Shown here: positions 21,301-29,331 of the stretch, one piece after another
Layout: the number at the start of each line of letters is the position of its first letter
Numbering within the stretch: the first letter of the stretch is position 1
Source of the DNA: an uncultured Bacteroidales bacterium
GTDB lineage: Bacteria; Bacteroidota; Bacteroidia; Bacteroidales; GWA2-32-17
Assembly: GCA_964431135.1 (NCBI GenBank)
Contig: CAYSIN010000001.1
Span: 5,096 to 69,095 of the forward strand
Reading direction: 5' to 3'
Length of the DNA stretch: 64,000 nucleotides
Notes under the pieces: generated by a model
Told to the model about the DNA's origin: nothing
The model's database searches: none
Seen by the model: the letters and a program-made list of their open reading frames with translations, nothing else
Position numbers and translations under genes: made by a program

Positions 21301-22303
21301 TACCGATGTTAACCATTGTACAGACGATACTGTTTTGCAAATCACACAACCTCCGATATTGCTTGTGGATGCTGCTGTTCAAAATATTACATGTAATGGA
21401 TTGCAAAATGGCAGTATTGTATTGACCGTAAATGGCGGTGTAAGTCCTTTCAGTTATATATGGAATACAGGTTTTTTAACACCTTCCATTAACAATTTGA
21501 CAGCAGGAACTTATACGGTTACGATTACCGATTCTCATCATTGCACGGTCATTTATCAGCATAACATTACAGAACCTGCACCGTTGCAGGTAAATACTTC
21601 AGGTACAAATCCGTTGTGCTATAATGGCAACGATGGTGCTATACATGCTACTCTCATAGGCGGAACACCACCGTATTCGTATGCATGGTCAACGGGAGAG
21701 ACGACTCAAGACATTCAAGGATTGACGGCAGGTTCTTATCAGGTTACCATAACCGACAGCAATCTCTGTGTTGTTACAGCCGTAGCGATTATTGCCAATC
21801 CTCTACCCATGCAAACCACGGCAACACAAAGTCAAGACCCTGTCAACAATTTAGGGAATGTGCAATTAACTACTATTGGTGGCACCCTGCCTTATTCCTA
21901 TTCATGGTCTAATGGTGCACAATCAAGCAACGTTAGCGATTTGGTTGCCGGTACTTACTATGTAACCATTTCGGATGCCAATAACTGCATGATGATTGAC
22001 ACCTTTATTGTTGACATACAACTCGTTATTCCATCAGTTATAACACCTAATGAAGATGGGAAAAATGATGCATTTGAAATATTAGGTATTGGCGGATATA
22101 ACCAAGTTGATATTGAAATATACAATCGCTGGGGCGATTTATTGTTTAGTTATTCCGGTTCTGGTATGGACTATACCGATGTTACGAAACAATGGGATGG
22201 CAAATTCAACGGAAAAAAATTACCCATGGGACCTTACTTGTATGTTATTAAAATAAGTGATATTAAAGACCCTATTACAGGTACCATTACCATAAAATAT
22301 TAA
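12347..22303 (+). CDS. Giant SprB-repeat cell-surface adhesin-like protein with T9SS type-B (gliding-motility-associated) C-terminal domain
   Basis: 3318 aa with a signal peptide. CUB-like N-terminal domain (YFYDSGGSGGTYQNDENY...YLYIYNG...DGWAATLSC). 37 consecutive ~76-aa SprB repeats (C.GG.NGSA....GGT.PY.Y.WSNG.T......L.AGTY.VTV.D...C). C-terminus IPSVITPNEDGKNDAFEI...IYNRWGDLLF...WDGKFNGKKLPMGPYLYVIK matches the type-B sorting domain pattern. Confidence 0.92.
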   Translation: MKKYLFSIVLIFSMLNFYGQAYLISSGGTVSTCSGYFYDSGGSGGTYQNDENYTMTICSSNGGHIVATFTAFNTEASYDYLYIYNGPNTGSPLIGSYNGTTSPGTITSSGTCLTFVFTSDVSVMYDGWAATLSCTTPVAPNTQDCAGAIPLCFSTYSTTASYSGQGNFPTEIPTHLPYSDDMCPGNCLLAGELNDVWYTFTVQTSGTLTFQITPNSSGDDYDWAVYNLTNAECADIYSNPSLQVSCNFCGVPGATGPTGGGSSSCMYGDPAYCTTYNSAISVTAGQTYVVNVSNFSSTQNGYSITFGGTAQVVDNTGPYLYNVVQSPACGQNQVIIRFSENVSCTTVQASDFTISGPGGPYTVTSVSGAICAAGGSYERDYVLTVSPAFVQGGTYTISLVSNSVSDICSHPTGGQNLTFSVTGVTASASVVSNVSCYGGNNGSATASGSGGTSPYSYSWSNGSTLANPTGLAAGTYTVTVRDANGVCNATAQITITQPTILAATISSSPVLCNGGSTGSASVSPSGGTSPYSYLWSNSSTASSISGLSQGTYSVTITDNKGCTLVKSTTVSQPTALSVSTSQTNVSCNGGNNGSATVSVSGGTPLYSYTWSNGQSTATASGLTSGTYTVTIRDANSCSTTRTFTITQPATLTSSIASQTNVSCFGGSTGSATVTQSGGTSPYNYTWSNSQTTQTATGLTAGTYTVTVRDANNCTSISLVTISQPTAVSVGISGSNVTCNGSSTGSATANPTGGTPTYTYLWSNSQTSQTISGLAAGTYTVTVHDINNCSAVNSITITQPSTLTSSISSQTNVSCNGGNNGTATVTGSGGTPSYTYTWSNSQTSQTATGLSSGTYYVTVKDTHNCTSVSSVTITQPAALSVSMTKTNVACNGGSTGSATATPTGGTPGYSYQWTGGQTTQTISGLSAGTYYVTVRDANNCSQVNSISITQPTAVSASISSSTNVSCNGGNNGTATVNATGGTPSYTYNWSNSQTTATATSLAAGTYNVTVYDANNCTSTTSVSITQPAVLNATLSSTNTSCYGGSNGSATATPTGGTGPYTYLWVPGGQTGSTATNLSAGTYNVTITDIKGCTKTGSVTVSQPASLTLTMSKTDATCGNSNGSASVSVSGGTPSYSYLWSNSATTISITNVPAGTYSVTVTDSHSCTNVNNVAVNNSGAPVVTVNSVTNVTCNGGSTGGASISASGGTPSYSYHWSNGATTTSISNVAAGTYSITVTDALTCIGTASVTITQPSAVVATITSNISPLCNGASNGSATVSASGGTPGYNYQWSNGQTTVTAINLAAGTYSVTVKDTHNCTTTTSVTVTQPTVVTSSITSSSNVSCNGGANGSATASGSGGTPGYTYGWSSGASSATASGLSAGTYYVTVKDVNNCSSISSVTISQPAALTSTFNTTNVNCNGGSNGSLTVNPTGGTSPYTYSWSNSQTTQTINGLIAGTYSVTITDSHSCTMVNSATVTQPTTLTSSITAQTNVSCNGGNNGSATVTATGGTTNYSYLWSNSATTSSITNVTAGTYSVTVTDAHLCTNTSSVTITQPSVITATTSGTSVLCNGGNTGTASVAASGGTPGYTYLWSTTATTSSISGLAAGTYSVTIRDANNCSKIATYTVTQPAVLTATISSSTQVSCYGGNNGAATVSVSGGTTAYSYLWSSGQTTAMVNGLVAGTYTVTVRDANNCSTTANVTINQPTQLISTMGIPTNVSCNGGNNGTVTVTASGGSPTYSYLWSNGQTAATASNLTANSYSVTITDSHSCTSTASVTITQPAVLTSSISASNQVTCFGTATGSATVTQSGGTSPYSYLWSNSQTTQTATGLTAGNYTVTITDNKGCTTTSSVTITQPSALSASINSSTNVLCNGGNNGSASVSVTGGTPAYVYSWTTGQSSSSITGLTAGNYTVTVTDNNSCTSIANVTITQPTVISITMNSVNVSCHGGNNGSATASVSGGTPAYTYIWLPGGAVTSSINGLSAGTYTVTVTDDNGCTKASVVNITEPTAMTVNPTVADATCGNSNGTASVTVSGGVNPYSYHWSTGATTASISGIPAGNYGITVSDANSCSTISTVSINNTGAPTITVDNVTPVVCFGGSSGSISISVTGGSPSYTYSWSNGADSTYLTGLTANNYSVTVTDSIGCQATQNITITQPTAINASIISVLPPSCYGYSNGSASAVASGGTPSYFYSWSNGANTANVNNLSAGNYTVTVTDSHGCTTTASTSVSQPAGMSAMLVSQTNVSCHGGNDGAATISVSGGTSPYTYSWNNGSTSASISNLIAGSYTVTITDNNMCTISSGASIIEPQAININVPILNNVTCNGLSNGAASVNVTGGTLPYGYQWSNGSTINSITNVPAGTYDLTVTDGHLCTSTTQITITEPSSIMSTVTQTASISCFGGNNGAATVSASGGINPYGYHWSTNQSTPTISNLSAGTYFITVNDLNGCTKVDSIVIVQPTEIVLSFADDSVLCYGAVNGNIDLTVNGGTPSYTYLWSNNQLSEDITGLAAGTYTVTVHDANHCPMISSTTIYEPPVLTNTFNMINSHCNLSDGSLQTSVSGGVGPYTYLWDAQANGQTTSTAINLSAGTYSVSVHDSHGCLSVFTGSVSDINAPQLSFNIVQLPNCNGDSTGKVYSTVQGGTNPVSLLWSNGVTADSIVNVPAGIYYLTATDGAGCITIDSVTVTQPNVLAFNIDDVVSPSCFGLTNGSIHLHAEGGTLPYTYTWQDDQGTSLGNNSSITNVGVGNYFVTVVDSHGCSTMLNLSLSQPSLLVADTISHISPLCANSNDGMANVQVSGGTTPYTYIWNDALHTQNDTLSNVDGNHFYYVTVTDANGCTIIDSVYITAPAPVNAIASGFSANCNSQNGWAYVQASGGTLPYTYLWSTGANTDTVQGLSSGNYHVTVYDSHACSAIQTVQITNLPAGNIVVDSIQDVSCYGESSGNISISVNGGTAPYSYLWSNGSTSSSLSGVVAGQYSVTVTDVNHCTDDTVLQITQPPILLVDAAVQNITCNGLQNGSIVLTVNGGVSPFSYIWNTGFLTPSINNLTAGTYTVTITDSHHCTVIYQHNITEPAPLQVNTSGTNPLCYNGNDGAIHATLIGGTPPYSYAWSTGETTQDIQGLTAGSYQVTITDSNLCVVTAVAIIANPLPMQTTATQSQDPVNNLGNVQLTTIGGTLPYSYSWSNGAQSSNVSDLVAGTYYVTISDANNCMMIDTFIVDIQLVIPSVITPNEDGKNDAFEILGIGGYNQVDIEIYNRWGDLLFSYSGSGMDYTDVTKQWDGKFNGKKLPMGPYLYVIKISDIKDPITGTITIKY
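13620..22020 (+). repeat. Tandem array of 37 SprB-repeat coding units (~225-230 bp each)
   Basis: Counted from the protein by the recurrent PY.Y.W ... AGTY.VTV.D..C signature. Units are diverged at synonymous sites, so this is not a recent amplification. Confidence 0.9.
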
Positions 22304-22315
22304 TTAGTTTTAAAA

Positions 22316-22346
22316 AAGGCTATTCGGTTTGAATAGCCTTTTTTAT
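22316..22346 (+). terminator. Rho-independent terminator after the adhesin gene
   Basis: AAGGCTATTC (22316-22325), loop GGTTT, GAATAGCCTT (22331-22340), then TTTT. It begins 13 nt after the stop codon. Confidence 0.7.
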
Positions 22347-22366
22347 CATTTATCAAAAAATAACCG

Positions 22367-22374
22367 TATTTTTG
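22367..22374 (+). promoter_or_regulatory. Candidate -7 box (TATTTTTG)
   Basis: 16 nt upstream of ATG 22391. Confidence 0.35.
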
Positions 22375-22390
22375 TGAAGAATAATAGTGT

Positions 22391-23584
22391 ATGATTTTTA
22401 TTGAGATAATATTTTGGATTTGTGTTGTGGCTATTTTTCATACCTATTTATTATATCCTTTTATACTTAAAATATTTTTTATACTCAGAAAAAAATCGTT
22501 ATGTAACAAAGATACTAAATATGCCGAATTGCCTGTCAATATTTTGATGGCAGCCTATAACGAAGAAAAAGTAATAGAAGAAAAAATAAACAGTATTTTT
22601 CAAAGCCATTATCCATCCCATTTAATAGAAGTCTGGGTTGGTTCTGATAATTCTTCGGATAGAACGAATGAAATTTTGGGGCAGTTATCGCAAAAATATA
22701 CGAACCTGCATACTGTTTTTTTTAAACAACGAAATGGAAAAATAAATATCATCAATCATTTAGTATCAAAGGCAACCGCAGATACGCTTATCATTACAGA
22801 TGCCAACGTAATATTTGACAAAGATACGATTCAGGAGTTAGTCAATTCCATTAATGAAGACAACGTTGGATTGGTGGACACCAATATGTTGCATAGCGGA
22901 ATTAGAGCCGATGGTATTTCAAAACAGGAAAATTTATATATCAGCACTGAGGTTAAAATCAAATATTATGAAAGTGTTTTGTGGGGAACCATGATGGGAC
23001 CCTTTGGTGGCTGCTATGCTGTAAAAAAGAATTTATTTAAGCCTGTGCCTTCTCATTTTTTAGTAGATGATTTTTATATCAACATGCAAGTATTGACGCA
23101 AGGTTATAAAGCCATTAGCAATTTAAAGGCTTATGTTTATGAAGATGTATCTAACAATTTAATGGATGAATATCATCGTAAGGTAAGAATTGCTACAGGC
23201 GATTTTCAGAATTTATTTTATTTTAAATCGGTATTCAAAAAAATTTGTTCACCGGTCAGTTTTTGTTTTTTTTCGCATAAAGTATTGCGATGGTTTACAC
23301 CTTTCTTTTTTGTAATTGCTTTTATCGCATTAGGTATTCTTTTCCTATTGGGCAAAAAAATCTATGGGTATTTATGGCTTTTGGCAGTTGCCGTTATTTT
23401 TATCGTATTATTGGAACGATTATTATCGGCAATGAGAATAAACATGGGGATACTTCGTCTGTTGACACATTTCTTATATATGAACATAGCATTGATGTCA
23501 GGTTTTTTTAAGTTTTTGTCGGGAGTAAAATCAAGTATTTGGGAACCAACACCGCGTCATCAGGGAGAAAATAAAGTTTATTAG
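22391..23584 (+). CDS. Integral-membrane glycosyltransferase family 2 (possible processive polysaccharide synthase)
   Basis: 397 aa. N-terminal TM, GT2 core (ILMAAYNEEKVI, VGSDNSSDRT, ITDANV), a C-terminal ...HKVLRWF... motif weakly reminiscent of Q(R/Q)xRW, followed by 3-4 TM helices. Confidence 0.75.
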   Translation: MIFIEIIFWICVVAIFHTYLLYPFILKIFFILRKKSLCNKDTKYAELPVNILMAAYNEEKVIEEKINSIFQSHYPSHLIEVWVGSDNSSDRTNEILGQLSQKYTNLHTVFFKQRNGKINIINHLVSKATADTLIITDANVIFDKDTIQELVNSINEDNVGLVDTNMLHSGIRADGISKQENLYISTEVKIKYYESVLWGTMMGPFGGCYAVKKNLFKPVPSHFLVDDFYINMQVLTQGYKAISNLKAYVYEDVSNNLMDEYHRKVRIATGDFQNLFYFKSVFKKICSPVSFCFFSHKVLRWFTPFFFVIAFIALGILFLLGKKIYGYLWLLAVAVIFIVLLERLLSAMRINMGILRLLTHFLYMNIALMSGFFKFLSGVKSSIWEPTPRHQGENKVY

Positions 23585-23622
23585 AACATTGTCAGTAAGA
23601 TATATTTGCTCCATTACCATTT

Positions 23623-25140
23623 TTAAAACTGAAAATATATAAAGGGCTGAATGTTGCTTGATTTTAACTGATATAAAATAAATATTACCATAATGGTATA
23701 ACATATTTTTACCCAAAGTGGGGTTTGAATAAAATAGCCTCTGCATTTTTCCTTAATGGATGAAGGTAGCCAGTGAATAATAAATGTTAGCCATATTAAT
23801 GCAAATACCAACGGCTCAGCCTTAATAAACAAGGGCAGTACTTCGCTATGGAATGAAGTAAATATTTGCGAAAACATTATAGAAGCGTCGTGCATGGAAT
23901 GTGCCCTAAAAAAAACCCACGTTAGACAAACAAAATTAAAGGTTATAAAAATACTTATTGCCTTGCCCCATGTTTTATTAATAGGAACATTGAAATGAAG
24001 TTGTTTAATCCATTTATGAAACATTAAGGCAATACCATGAATACCGCCCCAAATAACAAAACGTAAATTAGCACCATGCCATAATCCGCCTAGCAACATG
24101 GTAATCATAAGATTGATATACTGTCTTACTTTACCTTTGCGATTTCCACCCAGCGAGATATATAAATAATCGCGAAGCCATGAACTCAATGAAATATGCC
24201 ATCGTCGCCAAAAATCGGTAATATTGGTGGCTTTATAAGGGACATTAAAATTTATAGGCAAACGAAATCCAAGAAGCATCGCTACGCCAATGGCTATATC
24301 GGTATATCCACTAAAATCACAATATATTTGTGCTGCATACCCGTATATTGCCATCAAATTTTCTACACCCGAAAAAGCCGACGGGTTATCAAACACCCTA
24401 TCCACAAAATTGATAGAAATAAAATCGCTTACCACAATTTTTTTTAATAGTCCGTTTAATATTAACAATAAGGCATGCGAAAATTCCTGTCGAGAAAGAC
24501 TGTACTTTTGATATAACTGTGGAATAAATTCAGATGCCCGAACAATAGGACCAGCCACCAACTGTGGAAAAAAGGTTACATAAAAGGCAAAATCAATAAA
24601 ATTGTTTACCGGCTTGATTTTTTTTCTATATACATCAATGGTGTAACTCATGGACTGAAATGTGTAAAAGGAAATGCCCACAGGAAGGATAATAGTGCTC
24701 ACATCGAAGTGTGTGCCTGTCCATTGATTGCTCCACAATGCCAGTATGTTTTGAACCCTGTACGAAGTACCAAAAAGGGAATTTAATACATCCGTAAAAA
24801 AATAGGCATATTTGAAGTATGCCAGTACGCCAAGATTGGCGACAATGCTTATGGTAATCCAGCCTCTGCGTTTACGTGTGGACATATTTTTTCCCAACAT
24901 CAAGCCCACACAGTAATCAATAACAATGGTTAAAATAAGCAACGAGAAAAAATATCCACCCGACTTGTAATAAAAAAACAAAGAAGCAGCAAACAAATAG
25001 GCATTTCGCAACGTGTTTTTTTTGTAAATAAAAGAATATCCTATTAAAACGATGGCAAAAAATCCCCAAAAATAAAATTGACTGAACAGCAAAGGTTCAT
25101 TTTCGTGATAGGACAATATGTCGAGCAGCCATTCTTTCAT
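23623..25140 (-). CDS. MBOAT-family membrane O-acyltransferase (AlgI / PatA / DltB-like)
   Basis: 505 aa, polytopic. FWRRWHISLSSWLRDYLYISLGGNRKG and the conserved His region (LLGGLWHGAN) are typical of MBOAT. Confidence 0.88.
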   Translation of the reverse strand: MKEWLLDILSYHENEPLLFSQFYFWGFFAIVLIGYSFIYKKNTLRNAYLFAASLFFYYKSGGYFFSLLILTIVIDYCVGLMLGKNMSTRKRRGWITISIVANLGVLAYFKYAYFFTDVLNSLFGTSYRVQNILALWSNQWTGTHFDVSTIILPVGISFYTFQSMSYTIDVYRKKIKPVNNFIDFAFYVTFFPQLVAGPIVRASEFIPQLYQKYSLSRQEFSHALLLILNGLLKKIVVSDFISINFVDRVFDNPSAFSGVENLMAIYGYAAQIYCDFSGYTDIAIGVAMLLGFRLPINFNVPYKATNITDFWRRWHISLSSWLRDYLYISLGGNRKGKVRQYINLMITMLLGGLWHGANLRFVIWGGIHGIALMFHKWIKQLHFNVPINKTWGKAISIFITFNFVCLTWVFFRAHSMHDASIMFSQIFTSFHSEVLPLFIKAEPLVFALIWLTFIIHWLPSSIKEKCRGYFIQTPLWVKICYTIMVIFILYQLKSSNIQPFIYFQF

Positions 25141-26357
25141 GGTTTGGAAATATTCTCCATGTAAGTGTTTAAAAAAGCATCAAAAAACAAATCACCTTGC
25201 AGTTGATAACCATGGGTATTCAAATGCAGTTTATCTGGTGCAGACAGATGACCGAGATTCCATTGCGACATACCCGTTTCGCCTCCCGAAACAGTATAAA
25301 AATCCCATACGGCAGCATGATTTTTAGTAACTATGTCGAGCATGATATTTTTCATGCTGATTACATTTGAATTAATAATATTTTTTTTACGATAATGTGA
25401 CATGGGTGTGGTTAATAAGATGGCTATATTCGGATTGTCCTGTCGAATGGAGGCTAATAACGTTTGAAATGATTGACTTACACTTATGCTGTCAAAGGCA
25501 GGAAGGTAACAATCGTTGGTTCCAAGCGAAAGAATAACCCAATCGTAGTGCATATATTTTATAAAAGATGGAAGCAGTGTATTGTTAAACAAACTTGCTT
25601 TGGCACCATTAATGCCTAAGGTATGATACATGATGCCGGGGTCATCGTTGAACGGAATTATGCCATACAGTTTAAATTCAAACGTATCACTGAATACCTT
25701 AAAAAAAAGAGTGGTTGAATCGGTGTAACAATTATATATAAATTCATGACAAAAAATGCTGTCATTAAAAATGTGTATCCTGTGAATGGAAGGAATTACA
25801 GTATTTAAAGCAATATGTGACGAGTCGTCATTACAGAAAACAAGAAGTTTACTAAAACTTGCATTCGAGTCTTCTTGTGTTCGAACATGTATCATTATTT
25901 TTGATAAGCATGTATCATGCGAACATGCCGTCAATCCAAGCAAACTACTAAATTGCGATTTTTGTGCAACAGAGTATCCTGTCCAATTCCCATTGCAAAT
26001 AACCGAAACAGCATAAGGATTATTTGATTTTAATATGCCATAAGGGAAAGCAATGGCAGGGGGTTCGGTCAAGTTGAAAAATGTTTTGGCAAAATTTCTG
26101 CGAATTTCACACGTCAATAAATCTGCCTGAATATGCGAATCACCTACCTGTAAAATGCGTATTTGTTCATTTCCAGATATTTGCAATCTATTAAATTTTT
26201 TGAAAAGGCTGTCGTATCCAATACTTTCTTTGGCATTAATAAAAAAATTACTGTCGCATTTGAATAATAATAAATCGTTATCTTTATCTTGTCCGTTGGA
26301 AAAGTAATAAAAAAACAATGCTGTTACTAGGAGAATACCTGTGCTAAATTTATTCAT
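25137..26357 (-). CDS. SGNH/GDSL hydrolase-fold protein (acetyltransferase or esterase partner of the MBOAT)
   Basis: Block I ILQVGDSHIQAD, block III ILSLGTNDCY, block V APDKLH (DxxH). Start revised to ATG 26357 (MNKFSTGILLVTALFF... signal), overlapping the upstream stop by 8 nt (ATGAATAA). Its stop overlaps the MBOAT start (ATGA). Confidence 0.8.
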   Translation of the reverse strand: MNKFSTGILLVTALFFYYFSNGQDKDNDLLLFKCDSNFFINAKESIGYDSLFKKFNRLQISGNEQIRILQVGDSHIQADLLTCEIRRNFAKTFFNLTEPPAIAFPYGILKSNNPYAVSVICNGNWTGYSVAQKSQFSSLLGLTACSHDTCLSKIMIHVRTQEDSNASFSKLLVFCNDDSSHIALNTVIPSIHRIHIFNDSIFCHEFIYNCYTDSTTLFFKVFSDTFEFKLYGIIPFNDDPGIMYHTLGINGAKASLFNNTLLPSFIKYMHYDWVILSLGTNDCYLPAFDSISVSQSFQTLLASIRQDNPNIAILLTTPMSHYRKKNIINSNVISMKNIMLDIVTKNHAAVWDFYTVSGGETGMSQWNLGHLSAPDKLHLNTHGYQLQGDLFFDAFLNTYMENISKP

Positions 26358-27795
26358 GATGTTGTGTTGTTTGATATTGATTTTTTCGCTGACGATAGTG
26401 CACATATTCATTATAGATAGCATGGTACAATAATGTAGCCATATGTTTAGCCCCTACTGTTGTAAAATGAGTATAATCTTTAGCACCGAGTGGCGGTTTT
26501 GAATTAACCCATACGGGCATTGAATTTTCTCCACCCATGGCTTCGTACATATCCCAAAAGGCACAGCCGGCTTTAAACGCTGCTTTGCGTTGCTGGTCTC
26601 TTATTTTCATAATTTCTGGATAAGAAACATAACCGCTGTCGGTATGCATGGACATATCGGAAACACCTATAACAAGAATGCTCATGGTTGGTTTTATCTG
26701 TTTTAAAAAACGCAATTGTCTGTATAACCATTGCTCGTAATCATCGGTATGCGTATGAATATAAGGAATAACATTTACACCAAACTCATAAATAAGCAAG
26801 CGAACATTCATTTGTTTATAAATATTCGCCAGTTCAGAGGCTTGTAATAAAGTGAATTCGGTGCCTGAACTTCCACGCAATGGAATATTGTCAACCATGA
26901 TGCCCGTTTCGGTTTCAAAACTGATACCGTATATGTCGGGACTGTCTTTGCCAATAAAGTCCAACGTTAGCGAGTTTAAATTTGCAGGAACAGTAAACGT
27001 GGCTGTTTCTAAAGTAGAAGTAGAGGGCAGTGATTTCATACATAAAAATTTTTCACCACTATATAGTTGCAGCAATACGGGTTTACTTAAATTACCGTAC
27101 AGTAAGCGAACTTTAGAAAACGAAAAATTGGATGAAGCCGCATTTTTATTGGGTTTGAATGTAAGACTTGCTTCATAAACTGTTGAATCGTTTTGTGTGG
27201 AATCGGTTTTAATTGGTGTAAAACGTATATACTGCAACATGGGTCCATAAAAGCGTTTTTTTTGTTTAACCGTATTTCCGAATAATGTATAGCGAAACCA
27301 ATTACCCTGTGATTCTACATCAATACCTTGAACAATATTATTAACCTTAATGGGACAAATAAATCCCACACCCTTACCGCCCCATATACTTTGAAAATGA
27401 GAACGTAAATAACCTGTTATTCTGTCTCCCTCAATTTGGCTGTCGCCGTAATGCAACACATGGATAACCTGCGTATCGCCAAGGGCACTAAAAAAAGCAT
27501 CAAGTGCCGAATAGGTACAATCAGGAAACGCAATGGGAACATTTACAGGCAATATCGTATCTTTTAAAATGGAAACAATTTTGCTTGAAGCATATTCCTT
27601 AACAAGATGTTGCACAATGGCAACCGCTTTTTTGTTTTGCAACGATGGTGTTTTTTGGAATGAAAAATTTATGGTCGGTACTTTTATATCAAATGCCTGC
27701 GTATGGATAGAATGAGAAATGGGAAGAAAAGAAATGACAGCAAAGACAATAAAAATAATAAGTAAAACAAGAAGAGAATGTATGGGTTTAAACAT
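26350..27795 (-). CDS. SGNH/GDSL hydrolase-fold protein, membrane-anchored (second paralogous partner)
   Basis: 481 aa. N-terminal TM anchor, block I VLHYGDSQIEGD, GxN block (EFGVNV), block V AKDYTHFT (DxxH). Confidence 0.78.
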   Translation of the reverse strand: MFKPIHSLLVLLIIFIVFAVISFLPISHSIHTQAFDIKVPTINFSFQKTPSLQNKKAVAIVQHLVKEYASSKIVSILKDTILPVNVPIAFPDCTYSALDAFFSALGDTQVIHVLHYGDSQIEGDRITGYLRSHFQSIWGGKGVGFICPIKVNNIVQGIDVESQGNWFRYTLFGNTVKQKKRFYGPMLQYIRFTPIKTDSTQNDSTVYEASLTFKPNKNAASSNFSFSKVRLLYGNLSKPVLLQLYSGEKFLCMKSLPSTSTLETATFTVPANLNSLTLDFIGKDSPDIYGISFETETGIMVDNIPLRGSSGTEFTLLQASELANIYKQMNVRLLIYEFGVNVIPYIHTHTDDYEQWLYRQLRFLKQIKPTMSILVIGVSDMSMHTDSGYVSYPEIMKIRDQQRKAAFKAGCAFWDMYEAMGGENSMPVWVNSKPPLGAKDYTHFTTVGAKHMATLLYHAIYNEYVHYRQRKNQYQTTQHHE

Positions 27796-27798
27796 CTT

Positions 27799-29310
27799 TT
27801 AATGTTTTGGAATAATTAGCAACTGACCAATTTTTATAACGGTATTCTTATTAATATTATTAGCCTTGCACAATTCATTTATAGAAACATTATATTGCTG
27901 TGCAATAGAAAAAAGAGTGTCCCCTCTTTTCACGGTGTAGTTGGACGAATTTATTGCCCTCGTTTTTACAGTGGTATCTGGCATGGATATGTTTGTTTTT
28001 GCCGTAGTATCGGTGAGTTGTTTTGGAGGTTCCGGTTTCTTTTTCATTACAAAAATCACGATGTTTCGTCCTGCCTTAATGGTTTTTTTACCATAAATAT
28101 TGTTCCATGCTCTTAAATCGGACACTGTTACATGATATTTTCGGGCAATAGATTGTAATGTTTCGCCACTGCGTACTTTATGGTAAACAGCCACTTCTTC
28201 GTAATCGTTATATTTTGAACCCATAGCAGCATATAAACTTGGACGAATACTTTTAAACAAAAGTGTGTCCTTGTAACGATAAATGGAATCGCTCAGTGTA
28301 ATAAAACTGGATATGTTTTCTGATGGCAAGTATAGGGGCATGGGAAAATCGGACGATGCCGGTATAATGTCTTTTTTATAGGAAGGGTTTATCAGTTCGA
28401 GCATTTCGAGAGGAATACGCAGAACTTCAGCAACCTGACGCAAGTGCAACATTTTGTTGACATAAATAGTATCTACATGCAAAGGCAAATATGTTTGACG
28501 TGGAGTAATATTTAATTCCTTATAATAATGAAAGGTATAGGCTGCACCAATAAAGGCTGGCACGTAGCCACGCGTTTCTCGTGGTAAATAACGATACATT
28601 CCCCAATACGTTGTTTTTCCTGAACGTTTAATTGCCTTAACAATATTTCCAGGTCCACAATTATAGGCAGCAATGGCTAAATGCCAATCCTGAAAAACAT
28701 TGTATAAATCACGTAAATACCGTGCTGCAGCATCCGACGATTTTATAGGGTCCATTCGTTCATCTATAAACGAAGTCGTTTTAAGTCCATACAGTTTTGC
28801 CGTTGGTAAAATGAATTGCCATAATCCTACGGCTCGTGCTCTGCTGTATGCACGAGGGTTTAATGCCGATTCTATTACAGGCAAATATTTAAGTTCAAGC
28901 GGTAAACCATACCGGTCCAGCGCTTCTTCAAAATATGGAAAATAATATTGGCTGTTCCCCAGCATATACGAAACAAGATTTCGTCTTTTGCGTGCATAAA
29001 AATCGATATATTGATGAGTAATATGGTTAAAGGTCATTTCAATATAGGAATTCATACGGTTTAACTGAGTAATCAGCACATCATCCGGGAAAAAAGGGGC
29101 AGTAGTAGTATCATTGGCAAATAAATCTTTTTCAAGTTCTTTGTTAAAAGGAACATTTTGATTGTACCACAGATAAAGTAAACTGTCGGTATAGGATTCA
29201 AATTCTTTAAAATCAGATTCTCCAATATTTTCTATGGTGTCGTTTTGTGCCCAACTAAACACAGGTAACAATATCAACAATATCCATATCTTTCTAATTC
29301 TCATCGCCAT
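27799..29310 (-). CDS. Membrane-bound lytic murein transglycosylase D-like (SLT domain + 2 LysM)
   Basis: SLT motifs ESALNPRAYSRARAVGLWQF and AAYNCGPGN. Two C-terminal LysM repeats (YHKVRSGETLQSIARKY..., YTVKRGDTLFSIAQQY...). Confidence 0.88.
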   Translation of the reverse strand: MAMRIRKIWILLILLPVFSWAQNDTIENIGESDFKEFESYTDSLLYLWYNQNVPFNKELEKDLFANDTTTAPFFPDDVLITQLNRMNSYIEMTFNHITHQYIDFYARKRRNLVSYMLGNSQYYFPYFEEALDRYGLPLELKYLPVIESALNPRAYSRARAVGLWQFILPTAKLYGLKTTSFIDERMDPIKSSDAAARYLRDLYNVFQDWHLAIAAYNCGPGNIVKAIKRSGKTTYWGMYRYLPRETRGYVPAFIGAAYTFHYYKELNITPRQTYLPLHVDTIYVNKMLHLRQVAEVLRIPLEMLELINPSYKKDIIPASSDFPMPLYLPSENISSFITLSDSIYRYKDTLLFKSIRPSLYAAMGSKYNDYEEVAVYHKVRSGETLQSIARKYHVTVSDLRAWNNIYGKKTIKAGRNIVIFVMKKKPEPPKQLTDTTAKTNISMPDTTVKTRAINSSNYTVKRGDTLFSIAQQYNVSINELCKANNINKNTVIKIGQLLIIPKH

Positions 29311-29331
29311 AATTTTTGGCTGTAAGTTTAA

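Noticed and set aside
12720-21912. About 20 track ORFs of 60-103 aa in alternative frames or antisense inside the SprB-repeat gene (e.g. 12720-13031, 14007-14225, 18512-18823, 21685-21912)
   Set aside because: All lie inside a 9957-nt ORF with clear domain structure. Their sequences are low-complexity, Cys/Arg/Leu-rich translations of the repeat DNA, with no start context or motifs.
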